Assembly: GCA_038087875.1 (NCBI GenBank)
Contig: CM075997.1
Span: forward strand, 2,234,001 to 2,298,000
From: Malacoraja senta
Lineage: Eukaryota
Reading direction: 5' to 3'
Length of the DNA stretch: 64,000 bases
In this document: positions 1 through 12,769 of the stretch, one piece after another
Numbering within the stretch: the stretch's first letter is position 1
Layout of the letters: the number at the start of each line of letters is the position of its first letter
Program-made: the position numbers and the translations under genes
The notes under the pieces: generated by a model
The model's database searches: none
Seen by the model: the letters and a program-made list of their open reading frames with translations, nothing else
Told to the model about the DNA's origin: nothing

Positions 1-29
1 TTTAGTTTGTTTGTAGAGACAGCATGGAG

Positions 30-641
30 ACAGGGAGGTTCTACTGCAGTTGTACAGGGTCTTGGTGAGACCACACCTGGAGTATTGCGTACAGTTTTGG
101 TCTCCAAATCTGAGGAAGGACATTATAGCCATAGAGGGAGTGCAGAGAAGGTTCACCAGACTGATTCCTGGGATGTCAGGACTTTCATATGAAGAAAGAC
201 TGGATAGACTTGGCTTATACTCGCTAGAATTTAGGAGATTGAGTGGGGATCTTATAGAAACGTACAAAATTCTTATGGGGTTGGACAGGCTAGATGCAGG
301 AAGATTGTTCCCGATGTTGGGGAAGTCCAGGACAAGGGGTCACAGCTTAAGGATAAGGGGGAAATCCTTTAAGACCGAGATGAGGAAAAACTTTTTCACA
401 CAGAGAGTGGTGAATCTCTGGAACTCTCTGCCCCAGAGGGTAGTCGAGGCCAGTTCATTGGCTATATTTAAGAGGGAGTTAGATGTGGCCCTTGTGGCTA
501 AAGGGATCAGGGGGTATGGAGAGAAGGCAGGTACAGGATACTGAGTTGGATGATCAGCCATGATCATATTGAATGGCGGTGCAGGCTCGAAGGGCCAAAT
601 GGCCTACTCCTGCACCTATTTTCTATGTATCTATGTATCTA
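30..641 (+). mobile_element. CR1-clade LINE 3' fragment (RT C-terminus, 3'UTR, TTTCTATG-like tail)
   Basis: ORF 50-544 (LVRPHLEYCVQFWSP...NLWNSLP) is the CR1 ORF2 C-terminus; near-identical to copies at 2260-4342 and 61588-62146; it interrupts a SINE/LINE-type tail sequence. Confidence 0.9.
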
Positions 642-1003
642 AGCCCTTCGGCCCAACTCGTCCATACTTACCAAGATCATCAATCTAAGATCGTCATATT
701 TAGTCGTGTTTTGTTCATATCCCACAAAACCTTTCCTATCCATGTACCTGTCCAAGTGACTTTTAGATTGTTTTGGAGATACAGTATGGAAACAGGCCCT
801 TTGGCCCAACTCGTCCATGCTGACCAACATGCTCCATCTCAGCTTGTCCCATTTAGGAATAGGAATAGGAATACTTTATTGTCATATGTGACCAGGCACA
901 AATTCCTTGCTTGTGTACCCAATGTATATATATACAAATTTTACCCATGTTTTGTCCATATCCCACTAAACTTTTCCTATCCATATACGCGTCTAAGTGT
1001 CTT

Positions 1004-1330
1004 ATAGTTTGTTTAGGAGATACAGTGTGGAAACAGGTCCTTCGGCTCCTCAGAGTCCATGCCAACCATCAATCACCCCTTCACATTAGTTCTACCTAAT
1101 CCCACTTTTGCATCAACTCCCTACACACTCGGGGCAATTTACAGAGGCCAAATGGCCTACAAACGCGCACGTCTTTGGGATGTGGGAGGAAATCAGAGAA
1201 ACCAGAAGAAACCCATGCGGTCATAGGGTGAACGTGCAAACTGCACACGGACAGCATCCGAGGTCAGGATTGAAGCCGAGTCTCTGGCGCTGAGAGACGC
1301 AGCGGCTCTACCAGCTGCATCATTATGCCA
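1004..1330 (-). mobile_element. tRNA-derived SINE (HE1/V-SINE-like), representative of about 20 copies in the window
   Basis: tRNA-like A/B-box head, conserved central domain (ggagtttgyacgttctccc...tttcctcccaca) and tail gggcctgtttcc...tctaaac shared with HER1-type LINE ends. Other copies at about 5455-5707, 7025-7345, 8243-8590, 11795-12092, 18260-18555, 25625-25905, 27735-28055, 31083-31380, 36475-36792, 37258-37536, 58505-58812, 60978-61298, 63912-64000. Confidence 0.8.
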
Positions 1331-2259
1331 CACTCTTATTGATGAAAGTATAGTGTGGTGTTAATAAAGGCTCCTTCTTCTGTGAGTGAAAAATAACTGC
1401 TGTTTGTCAAATCAATGTGGTTAAAAGTACCATTGGTGACTAATTGTGAATTGAACTACAGTTGACAGTAATTATGGGAGTTTTGTACCTGAAAAAATGT
1501 GCGTGTGAACATGAAGGTTTTGCTGAAAAATTAGGAGGTGATGTTAACAATGGGATAGACACAAAGTGCTGGAGTAACTCAGTGGGTCAGGCAGCATTTC
1601 AGAAGAAGGGTTCCAATCCAAAATGTTACCTTGAGTAATTTTTTAATTTTTTAATTTTTCTATGGATGTACGGATTATTTCTTCTATGTAAAGCACTTTG
1701 GTTTCAACACGAGTTGATTTAAACGTGCTATATAAATAAAATGTACTTACTTACTTACTTTTCTTTTTCTCCACAGATGCTGCCTGTCCCACTGAGTTAC
1801 TCCAGCATTTTGTGTCTATCTTCGGTATAAACCAGAAAATCTAGAGTAACTGGGCAGACTGTGCCCTCTGTTTTAACAAGCAGAGGTGACCAGATTAACT
1901 TGTCTGTTCCTGTGCTATACTTTTCTAAATAATGTTCTATATAATGTTGTAAAGACAGAGCTGGAGCGTTGCATGCTCTTCCCAGGGAAAGATCTACTAT
2001 CATCCAATACAATTACTCTTTTAAACCTCTTTTCTATGTAAGTATCACACTATATTCTGTGGTAGACAAAAATGCTGGAGAAACTCAGCGGGTAAGGCAG
2101 CATCTATGGAGCGAAGGAAATATGCGATGTTCCGGGTCAAGACCCTTCTTCAGAAGGCGTCGCCTATTTCCTTCGCTCCATAGATGCTGCCTCACCCGCT
2201 GAGTTTCTCCACCATTTTTGTCTACCTTCGATTTTCCAGCATCTGCAGTTCCTTCTTAG

Positions 2260-4342
2260 AAACATAGAAACATAGAAAATAGGTGCAGGAGTAGGCCATT
2301 CGACTCTTCGAGCCTGCACCGCCATTCGATATGATCATGGCTGATCATCCAACTCAGTATCCTGTACCTGCTTTCTCTCCATACCCCCTGATCCCTTTAG
2401 CCACAAGGGCCACATCTAACTCCCTCTTAAATATTATCAATGAACTGGCCTCGACTACCTTCTGTGGCAGAGAATTCCAGAGATTCACCACTCTCTGTGT
2501 GAAAAATGTTTTCCTCATCTCGGTCCTAAAAGATTTCCCCCTTATCCTTAAACTGTGACCCCTTGTTCTGGACTTCCGCAACATCGGGAACAATCTTCCT
2601 GCATCTAGCCTGTCCAACCCCTTAAGAATTTTGTACATTTCTATAAGATCCCCCCTCAATCTTCTAAATTCTAGCAAGTACAAACCGAGTCTATCCAGTC
2701 TTTCTTCATATGAAAGTCCTGACATCCCAGGAATCAGTCTGGTGAACCTTCTCTGTACTCCCTCTATGGCAAGAATGTCTTTCCTCAGATTTGGAGACCA
2801 AAACTGTACACAATACTCCAGGTGTGGTCTCACCAATACCCTGTACAACTGCAGTAGAACCTCCCTGCTCCTATACTCAAATCCTTTTCCTATGAATGCT
2901 AACATACCATTCGCCTTCTTCACTGCCTGCTGCACCTGCATGCCTACTTTTAATGACTGGTGTACCATGACACCCAGGTCTCGATGCATCTCCCCTTTTC
3001 CTAATCGGCCACCATTCAGATAATAGTCTACTTTCCTGTTTTTGCCACCAAAGTGGATAACCTCACATTTATCCACATTATACTGCATCTGCCGTGCATT
3101 TGCCCACTCACCCAGCCTACCCAAGTCACCTTGCAGCCACCGAGCATCCTCCCCACAGCTAACACTGCCCCCCAGCTTCGTGTCATCCGCAAACTTGGAG
3201 ATGTTGCATTCAATTCCCTCATCCAAATCATTAATATATATCGTAAATAGCTGGGGTCCCAGCACTGAGCCTTGCGGTACCCCACTAGTCACTGCCTGCC
3301 ATTGTGAAAAGGACCCGTTGACTCCTACTCTTTGCTTCCTGTCTGCCAGCCAGTTCTCTATCCACATCAATACTGAACCCCCAATACCGTGTGCTTTAAG
3401 TTTGTATACTAATCTCTTATGTGGGACCTTGTCGAAAGCCTTCTGAAAGTCCAGATATAACACATCCACTGGTTCTCCCTTATCCACTCTACTAGTTACA
3501 TCCTCGAAAAATTCTATAAGATTCGTCAGACATGATTTACCTTTCATAAATCCATGCTGCTTTGTCCAATGATTTCACCACTTTCCAAATGTGCTGCTAT
3601 CCCATCTTTAATAACTGATTCTAGCAGTTTCCCCACTACCGACGTTAGACTAACTGGTCTGTAATTCCCCGTTTTCTCTCTCCCTCCCTTTTTAAAAAGT
3701 GGGGTTACATTAGCTACCATCCAATCCTCAGGAACTACTCCAGAATCTAAAGAGTTTTGAAAAATTATCACTAATGCATCCACTATTTCTGGGGCTACTT
3801 CCTTAAGTACTCTGGGATGCAGCCTATCTGGCCCTGGGGATTTATCGGCCTTTAATCCATTCAATTTACCTAACACCACTTCCCAGCTAACCTGGATTTC
3901 ACTCAGTTCCTCCATCTCATTTGACCCACGGTCCCCTGCTATTTCCGGCAGATTATTTATGTCTTCCTTAGTGAAGACAGAACCAAAGTAGTTATTCAAT
4001 TGGTCTGCCATATCCTTGTTCCCCATGATCAATTCACCTGTTTCTGACTGCAAGGGACCTACATTTGTTTTAACTAATCTTTTTCTCTTCACATATCTAT
4101 AAAAGCTTTTGCAGTCAGTTTTTATGTTCCCTGCCAGTTTCCTTTCATAATCTATTTTCCCTTTCCTAATTAAGCCCTTTGTCCTCCTCTGCTGGACTCT
4201 GAATTTCTCCCAGTCCTCTGGTAGGCTGCTTTTTCTGGCTAATTTGTACGCTTCATCTTTTGTTTTGATACTATCCCTGATTTTCCTTGTTATCCATGGA
4301 TGCACTACCTTCCCTGATTTATTTTTTTGCCATACTGGGATG
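2260..4342 (-). mobile_element. 5'-truncated CR1-clade LINE with near-intact reverse transcriptase region (one frameshift)
   Basis: ORFs 3544-4305 and 2354-3547 contain NYRPVSLTS, YLDFQKAFDKVPH, GVPQGSVLGP and KFADDTK. One missing base near 3559 (GQS-QHGF) joins them. Tail (tagaaaca)n near 2258-2280. Confidence 0.95.
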
Positions 4343-5057
4343 AAACACTATATTCTGCACATTTTCTCCCCATTTTGTCTATCTATTGTACTCAAGTTTG
4401 AGCTGATAGTATGATGTGTTTGGATAGTATATACCTGTAAAATAAAGCTTTTCCCTGTACCTCAGTTCATGTGAAACATAGAAACGTAGAAAATAGGTGC
4501 AGGAGTATGCCATTCAGCCCTTCGAGCCAGCATCGCCATTCAATGTGATCATGGCTGATCGTCCAAAATAATACATCTAAATCTAAACCTAGAAGCCAAT
4601 CTGAGCAAAGTACATCCCCAAAACAACAATGTGGTGATGACCAAAATAATAATTTATAATGATGCTGATTGACCTCAATGGAGGATGAAGTTGCTCTTCC
4701 TTGCCAGCCTTGTAGGTGCTCATCAAAGCACCTACTTAAGAGCACTTACAGTTGAGACACAGTAATGAATAAAAGATCAACACAGCAGAGCCACATAGTG
4801 AGATCCTAATTCAGCAGAACACAGGGAATTCTGCAAATAGTCATCATCTCAGTTGGTTCCATTTAATTCTTGAATTTGCCATCACGTTTCTAAAGCTGCA
4901 ATCTGCATAGCACACGATAGTTTTGTTTATTGTCACGTGTACCGAGGTACAGTGAAAAGCTTTTTTGATTCACGCTATCCAGTCGGCGGAAAGACTACAC
5001 ATCACTTACAAGATAATCGTGTGTTGATCTGGAACGCTGGCAAGCTGTCAGTACCAC

Positions 5058-5422
5058 CTCCCGGTGGCTCAGCACTTCAACTCCCCCTCCCATTCCGAAT
5101 CCGACCTCTCTGTCCTGGGCCTCCTCCATGGCCAGAGTGAGCACCACTGGAAATTGGAGGAACAGCACCTCTTATTCCGCTTGGGCAGTCTGCACCCTAG
5201 TGGCATAAACATTGAATTCTCCAATTTCCGGTAGCCTTTGCTGTCTCCTCCCCTTCTCAGCTCTCCCTCAGCCCTCGGGCTCCTCCTCTTCCTTTTTCCT
5301 TTCTTCTCCCCGCCCCCACCCTCCATCAGTCTGAAGAAGGGTTTCGGCCCGAAACGTTGCCTATTTCCTTCGCTCCATAGATGCTGCTGCACCCGCTGAG
5401 TTTCTCCAGCACTTTTGTCTAC
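5058..5422 (+). mobile_element. Penelope-like element 3' end: GIY-YIG endonuclease C-terminus plus terminal repeat with hammerhead motif
   Basis: 5058-5234 translates LPVAQHFNSPSHSESDLSVLGLL...KLEEQHLLFRLGSLHPSGINIEF*, typical of the PLE GIY-YIG C-terminus (HF...E...L..P.G.N). 13-bp TSD ctgtcagtaccac at 5045-5057 and 5423-5435. Confidence 0.8.
5331..5358 (+). ncRNA. Candidate minimal type I hammerhead ribozyme core (representative of dozens of copies)
   Basis: CTGAAGA-A-GGGT-TTCG-GCCC-GAAA-CGTT: CUGANGA box, 4-bp stem II with UUCG loop, GAAA box, palindromic ACGT stem III, NUH triplet. Stem I is weak. Confidence 0.55.
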
Positions 5423-5823
5423 CTGTCAGTACCACACACAGGCACACACACACAGCACCAGAGACCTGGGTTCAATCCTGATCCTGACTACGGGTGCTAT
5501 CTATGTGGAATTTATACATTCTCCAAGTGAACACGTTTTTCCGGGTGCTCCGGTTTCCTCCCTCATCCCAAAGACGTGCAGGTTTGTAGGTTAATTGGCT
5601 TGGTAAAATTGTAATATTGTCCCTAGTGTGTGTAGGATAGTGCTAGTGTGTGGGGATCGTTGGTCGGTACTGTATCTCTAAATGAAACTATACTATACTA
5701 AACTAAACGCCACCATCATATCTGCCTCAACCACCCTGGAATCATATTCCTTCCTTACACACACTCACACTCACACTCACACTAAAAAGACACAAATTGC
5801 TGAAGTAATTTGTACAGCCAGTG

Positions 5824-6167
5824 TATCAAATCATGAGAGGAATAGATCGGGTAGATGCACAGAATCTCTTGCCCAGAGTAGGGGAATCGAGGACATAGGT
5901 TCAGGGTGAAGAGGAAAAGATTTAATAGGAATCTGAGGGGTAACTTTTTCACATAAAGGGTGGTAGGTGTATGGAACAAGCTGCCTGAGGAGGTAGTTGA
6001 GGCTGGGACTACCCCAACATTTAAGAAACAGTTGGACAGGTACGGATAGGACAGTTTTGGAGGGATATGGACCAAACGCAGGCAGGTGGGACTAGTGTAG
6101 CTGGGACATGTTGGCCGGTGTGGGCAAGTTGGGCAGAGTTTCCACACTGTATCACTCTGTGACTATG
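5824..6167 (+). mobile_element. HER1-like CR1-clade LINE 3' fragment (second family; tail shared with the SINEs)
   Basis: Matches the copy at 34603-35092 (-), whose ORF 34683-34988 reads RGDIIEVYKIMRG...RVVGVWNKLP. Ends in ...tttccacactgtatcactct. Confidence 0.8.
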
Positions 6168-7401
6168 AATCCATCTGCCTATCAAAATCCCCCCATACCT
6201 GTTCCTTGAGCTTCATCCCCTTTGATCTCTCATTTTCACACCTTACCTTTCCTTATCTCTCATTTCCCTTTCCCCTGACTCTCAGACTGAAGAAGGGTCT
6301 CAACCCGAAACGTCACCCATTCCTTCCCTCCAGAGATGCTGCCGGTCCTGTTGAGTTACTCCAGCATTTTGTGTCTATCTTTGATCTGCAGTTCCTGCCT
6401 ACACATCGATCTATCACTTGCCAGGCTTTGATCTGCCCTTCTCTTTTCCAGCTTTCACCCCCCCCCCTACAATCAGACTGAAGAAGGGTCCCACCCTCAT
6501 ATCAGTCTGAAGAAGGGTCTCGACCCAAAACGTTGCCTATTTCCTTCGCTCCATAGATGCTGCCTCACCCGTTGAGTTTCTCCAGCATTTTTGTCTACTC
6601 CTGACCCGAAACATCACCTACCCATGTTCTCCAGAGATGCTGCCTGACCCGCTGAGTTAGTTCAGCGATTGTATCTTTTTTTTGTAACAAGTAAGAATTT
6701 CACTGTTCCGTTCCCGGTGCTTATGACAATTAAACACTCTTGATGGTGGATTTGTGAAGGTTTGTGTGACAGTCACTCTGAATAAGTTAGACAAAGCTCC
6801 ACAAATGAGTAATCACCATGCAGGTGTGCCCAATCCACCCATAGGCACATTCCACAAGGCTGATTCATTGCTAATAAAGAACTCCTCCTGGTTCATTACA
6901 CACAAATCTCAGTGTAAAAGATCTGTAACAGCATAGAAGCCATTCAACCCATCATTCCTTACCAGCTCAGTATAAGAGCAATCCAGCACCTATCTCTCTC
7001 CTCACAGTCCTTCTGGTTTCATTTATTTTAGTTTAGAGATATGGAAACAGGCCCTTCGGCTCACCAAGTCCACACCGACTTTCGATTACCCATTCACACT
7101 AGTTCCATGTTATCCCACTTTCACATCCACCCCCCCCCCCCACACACACACACACACACACATTGGGGTACTTTACAGTGGGCATTGACCATTGACGTAC
7201 AAACCTGCACGTGTTTGGGATGTGGTGTGACCAGAGCACACACATGGTCACAGGGAGAACATGCTAACTCCATAATGACAGCGCCCGTGGTCAGGATCCA
7301 ACCCGGGTGTCTGGCACCGTGATGCAGCAGCTCCACCCACGGCACTTATTTTATCCTTTTACTTTTCCAGAAAATTGTTAACCCAGAAATATTTAGAACC
7401 T

Positions 7402-7607
7402 TGTTTAAGAAGGAACTGCAGATGCTGGAAAATCAAAGGTAGACAGAAATGCTGGAGAAACTCAGCGGGTGAGGCAGCATCTATGGAGCGAAGGAAATAG
7501 GCAACGTTTCGGGTCAAAGAAGGGTTTCGACCCGAAACGTTGCCTATTTCCTTCGCTCCATAGCTGCTGCCTCACCCGCTGAGTTTCTCCAGCATTTTTG
7601 TCTACCT
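7402..7607. mobile_element. Palindromic (inverted pair) Penelope-like terminal-repeat insertion
   Basis: Two inverted arms of the PLE terminal repeat; 14-bp TSD aatatttagaacct at 7388-7401 and 7608-7621. Confidence 0.8.
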
Positions 7608-8759
7608 AATATTTAGAACCTGCTCCCATCTTCATGCAGAAGAGCTGTACCTCAAAATGGTGTCCAAAAGCAAATAGCCTGAGTTAGCATGCTGTGAATT
7701 TCATCCAAACGACACCTCAACAAGATACAAACCAGTGCATTGTTAATGAGTTAATGATCATATTGGGTCAAGTTTTTCAGTGTGAATGTGTTTAGTACCA
7801 TCACAGTCATTATAGGGCAGTCATGAGACAGTGCTTGTATGAATATGGTGTTATCGCTGATTAAATGGTGGAAGAATAACTTGAGACTGTGCTTCTAATT
7901 CTGGAGTTAACATAGTTTTATGTAAACAGTGAACAACAGGTGGTAGAGCCACTGCCTTACAGCATGTGTGCATACTTCTGTGTGACAGTGCATAGAGTCA
8001 TACAGCATGGAAACAGGCCCTTTGGTCTAACTCTAACTCGTCCATGTCGTACAAGATGCCTCTTCTAAGCTTGTCACATTTGCCCATCTTTCCTATCCTT
8101 GTACCTGTCCAAGTATCTTTTAAATGCTGTTAGAGTAATTGCCTCAACTAGTTTCTCCGGCAGCTTGTTCGATCTTACCACCACCTTCTGAGTGTGAAGG
8201 GGGTGGTTAGCAAGGGGAGAGAAGAAAAAAACCTCAAGACTAGGGCGGCACAGTGGAGCAGCTGGTAGACCCACTGCCTCACAGCGCCAGGCTTGACCCT
8301 GACCTCAGGTGCTGTGTGTTTGGAGTGTGTACGTTCTCCAAGACCACGTGGGTTTCCTCCGGATGCTTCGGTTTCCTCCCACATCCTAAAGACGTGGCAT
8401 AATGGGGCTCTGCAAATTGCCCCGAGTGTGTAGGGAGTGGATGCGAAAGTGGCATAACAAACTCGTGTGAATGGGTAGACAAAAATGCTGGAGAAACTCA
8501 ACGGGTGAGGCAGCATCTATGGATGGGTGATCGATGGTCGACGTGGACCCCATGGGCTGAAGCATCTGTTTCCGTGCTGTATCTCTAAACTCTGAACAAG
8601 CTCTGATCTCTGTGAAATACTATTTCCTACTTTTTCCCAATCTGTACATAAAACTCCAATAATCGGGCATACTTGGGACTTGGTCCTGGAGTAACAGATT
8701 TTCCAGACAATTCGATATTACTCCTCATATAATACCCTAAGTAATATCTCTCTGAATAT

Positions 8760-9400
8760 CTGTCCTGGTCCCAGCACACTAATGCAATCATAAAGAAAGC
8801 CAATCTATGCCTCTACTTCCTTAGAAGATTGAGGAGATTTGGTATGTCGATGAATGCTCTCTTGAACGTCTATAGGTGTACAGTAGAGAGCATATTGACT
8901 GGTTACATCACAGCATGGTTGGTAACTCGAATGACCAGGAATAAAGAAGATTGCAAATGGCGGTGAACACTGCTCGGTCCATCACGGGTACTGACCTCCC
9001 CTCCATCAAAGGGATCTACAAGAGTCACTGCCTCAAAAAGGCAGCCAGCATCACCAGAGACACACACTGCCCTGGCCATGCTCTCATTTCACTCCTGCCA
9101 TCAGGAAGAGGGTATGAGAGCCTGAAAACTGTAACATCCAGGTTCAGGAATAGCTTCTTCCCAACAATGATCAGGCTATTAAACACAACAACCTCCAATT
9201 TAGCTCTGAATTACATAAACTTGGGGGGCATTGTTTTTTCCTTTGTATTATTAATATTATTATTATTATTATTTGTGTTTTTATATACTGAACTCTTTTG
9301 CTTTTCATTGTGGTGTTTACAGAGTATCAAGTTTACATATCTGTTGTGCTGCTGCGAGTAAGAATTTCATTACTTATTTTCGGGACATACGACAATAAAA
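8760..9400 (+). mobile_element. Rex1/L2-type LINE 3' fragment
   Basis: Translates to WSQHTNAIIKKA..LYFLRRLRRFG..YRCTVESIL..LLPSGR..RFRNSFFP. Related fragments at about 30290-30780 (-), 52950-53420 (-), 54340-54600 and 59590-59790. Confidence 0.7.
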
Positions 9401-9449
9401 CACCCTTAACATCAAAGATCTGTGCTTAACATTGCATCTTTTTTTTAGC

Positions 9450-9592
9450 ACTAAACAGGCGTGCGTCAGGACCCAGTGGTGGTTTTGCGTGGATCGTCAA
9501 TGGGTGGGGACAGGGAACGGGGGACTGACAGCTTTTAGGCACAAATCCGGTCGGGGAACTGCGCCATTTGCAACAAGCTGGGTCTATAGTTG
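9450..9592 (+). promoter_or_regulatory. CAPNS1: Probable CAPNS1 promoter and non-coding first exon
   Basis: Start of a CpG-enriched unique region (about 9450-10620); YY1-like cgccatttg at 9562-9570; donor-like TG|gtgaga at 9593. TSS cannot be determined. Confidence 0.45.
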
Positions 9593-9675
9593 GTGAGAAT
9601 GTTTTCGGCTGCTGTGTTTTTTAACGATTATTTCAATCAGTGTTTGGTTGGCAGTGGTCGAGGTTGTTGCGGGAC

Positions 9676-9800
9676 GCGGAAACACATTGTATCCACCAGG
9701 AGAGACATTGTATCTGGTAGTGGGAACCTTGTATACAGCGGTAGAAACATTGTATCTAGTAGTGGGAGCGTTGTATCAAGCGGCGGAAACATTGTATCTT
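9676..9800. repeat. 21-bp minisatellite, 6 units
   Basis: ttgtat recurs at exactly 9687, 9708, 9729, 9750, 9771 and 9792. Confidence 0.9.
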
Positions 9801-9919
9801 GTAGCTTGGGCTGAAATTGTCGCGGATCGGCCTGCCTGGCGTTCCACTGAAATTAACCTCGCCTCTCTCTGTCTCTCTCGCAGCTGCAGTTCCCAGTCGC
9901 TTCATTCCCCAACTTCATC

Positions 9920-10002
9920 ATGTTCCAAATCGGCAAGTTACTGGGCGGTGGCAGCTCCGGCCTGGCCGGCCAACTCTTGCAAGGCCTGGCAGGCGTGATT
10001 GG
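9920..10002 (+). CDS. CAPNS1: Calpain small subunit 1, first coding exon (MFQIGKLLGGGSSGLAGQLLQGLAGVIG)
   Basis: Acceptor ctctctcgcag ending 9883, branch-like aattaac at 9851, ATG 9920, donor GG|gtgagt at 10003. Gly-rich hydrophobic domain V-like peptide; phase 2 matches the next exon. Confidence 0.85.
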
Positions 10003-12769
10003 GTGAGTTTTTTTGTTGTCCCCCCCCCCCCCGCAATGTTAGATTTTGATTTAAGTACTGTTTATATATTTAAAAAAAAACATCTCTCTGCATTATTCTG
10101 AACGGGTTGTGTATTAGAGCGGAGAGAGAGGGTAGGAGGAGACAGCTCGGCCATTCGGCCCACGGTGGCTATGCTAGCTCAAAATAGCCCGACCCAGCCT
10201 AATCTCACTGGTCAGCACTTTTGGTCTGTAGAATGTTAATTGTCTCATCCGCCCTTTTAATTTAAAAATACGATATTGGAAAATTTAGGTTTTAAAATCA
10301 GAAAGTTTGTTTTTTAATGACTTGGGTGGAATGCGCGTTAGTATGCAGTATCGCCTGCGGGTTGTTGCAATTTACTGGTTCCACAATTTCATTCTGGAAC
10401 TCTTGATGGGAGAGCGGGCGTGGTTCACTGGCTCTGGCGGAGTAGTGCAAAGCCGTTGTCAAACCGGTTTGTTCGATCTGCATAGTACACACTCGACTCG
10501 TCACTGGTTTCCGAACCAAGTTTCCAAGGGTTAACTAACATCAACTGGACCGGGAGTGGGGGGGATTTGGGGTGGGGGAGGAGAAAAATGAGCTTTAAAG
10601 TCGGCAGCGGTATTTTTATAGTTAGCCTATTTTATTCCACCATTTACTACGAGCATTTGGACCCACCCTGTTTGTTCAGTATCTATTCTGACGCCAGCCA
10701 CTCCCAGACATTCATGTAAAATTGTATTTAATTTGCCCTGTGTAAAGTACACCCTGCTACGATTCTATTGGTAATATTAATCAATATTTATCAACACCTT
10801 CTGGCCATCTCGGAATATTGAATTACAGTGAGGTTATCAGAGCTTCATTTCCACTCGAAATTTCCTCCTGAGACGATTCCTTCACCCAAGAAGAAGTGGA
10901 CCTTTAATGAAATGTTCACCACTTAATTAACCTTTATGTAATAACTAGGAACTGCAGATGAAATGTGCAGGAAGGAACTGCAGATGCCGGTTTAAACCGA
11001 AGATATACACAAAAAGCTGGAGTAACTCAGCGGGACAGGCAGCATCTCTGGGGATAAGGAATGGGTGACGTTTCAGGTCGAGACCCTTCTTCAGTTGCTG
11101 CAGATACTAAAGATAGACACAAAATGCTGGAGTAACTCAGTGGGCCAGGCAGCATCTCAGGAGAAAATGGGTAGGTGATGTTTTGGGTCGGGACCCTTCC
11201 ACAGCCAAATGGTCTGAAGAAGGTTGTTACCCAAAATGTCACCTATCGTTTTGTGTGTATTTAATAAATGTTTATGCCACCTTCCTAAGCGAAACATTCT
11301 TAAGGAATCAGATGCAAACTAAGTGGGTGGATACACCTAACTAGGCAGGTAGGTGTGGTGCCACTAGCCTGCTGCACAGTTGTAGCAAAATCCATTTCCT
11401 GTTTCCCACCCCCTCATAGTGAAGGCATTACTAATCTTATCTAGTATTTTCAAGTCCTTTGTTAAAAAGATCAGTCTGAAGAAGGGACTTGACCAGAAAC
11501 ATCACCCATTCCTTCTCTCCAGAGATGCTGCTTGTACCCGCTGAGTTACTCCAGCATTTTGTGTCTGCCTTTGATTTATAGACAATAGGTGCAGGATTAG
11601 GCCATTCGACCCTTCGAGCCAGCACCACCATTCAATGTGATCATGGCTTATCATCCCCAATCAGTACCCCGTTCCTGCCTTCTCCCCATACACCCTGACT
11701 CTGCTATCTTTAAGAGCCCTATCTAGCTCTCTCTTGAAATTATCCAGAGAACCAGCCTCCACCGCCCTCTGAGGCAGCATCTGCAGTACTTTTTAGTTTA
11801 GTTTAGAGATAGTGCGGAAACAGGCCCTTTCAGCCCACCGGGTCCGCGCCGACCAGCGATCCCCGCAAATTATCACTATCCTACACCCACTAGGGACAAT
11901 TTTTACATTTACCAAGCCAATTAACCTACATACCTGTACGTCTTTGGAGTGTGGGAGGAAACCGAAGATCTCGGAGAAAACCCACGCAGGTCACGGGGAG
12001 AACGTACAAACTCTGCACAGACAGCACCCGCAGTCTGGATGGAACCCGGTGCTGCATTCACTGTAAGGCAGCAACTCTACCGCTGTGCCGCCCGTCTTTC
12101 CTACATAATCTAGTAAAGGCGCCCTGTCTGCCAATGCCTGCAGGATATCCTGGTTGCTAACTATTTTCTCTGTTCTTTCTTGTTCCCTTCACTGACCTTT
12201 CAGTCCCTTGTCCTTGTCCTTTGCAAGAGTGAGGCCACACGCAAACTGGAAGAACAACACTGCATATGCTCCTTGGGTAGTTTACAACCCAACAGTATGA
12301 ACATTGAATTCTGCAATTTCAAGTATTAACACCCCCCACCCCCCCCAGTAACCACTGAGTTCTCCCAACCCACAGCCATTTTGTTCCTTCCCTCCCTCCA
12401 TGTACTCCCTTCCCTCCCTCCATGTACTCCTCTCCCATACTTTGTATCCCTCCTTTTTGCGCTTGGTCTTGCCAGAAAGACACTGATCATTTCAGCCCAG
12501 CGCGCCTCTGGTCCGTGAGGAGATCTGCCCTTGGGTGCAGTGGGAAGCGGAGGTTGATGTCGAGGGAGAAGTTCAGTTATGGGTTCTTTGTCACCCACTC
12601 TACCAAATCCCTGCTTTCACTGGAAATACACTTGTGATAGTGGGATATGCCAGTGGTGGTTACCTCAGGAAGCCGCCTGATAAATGGTAGAAGCAAGGAA
12701 TTGCAGGTGCTGGTGTACAAAAGAGGTACGGAGTGGGTCAGGCAGCATCTCAGGAGAATGTGGACAGGT

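Noticed and set aside
9676..9800. Regularly spaced repeat as a CRISPR-like array
   Set aside because: Vertebrate context, 21-bp tandem units without unique spacers, no cas genes.
9590..10101. ORFs 9590-9814, 9648-9998 and 9817-10101 as separate genes
   Set aside because: They arise from the 21-bp minisatellite and GC-rich sequence; only 9920-10002 fits the CAPNS1 splice model.
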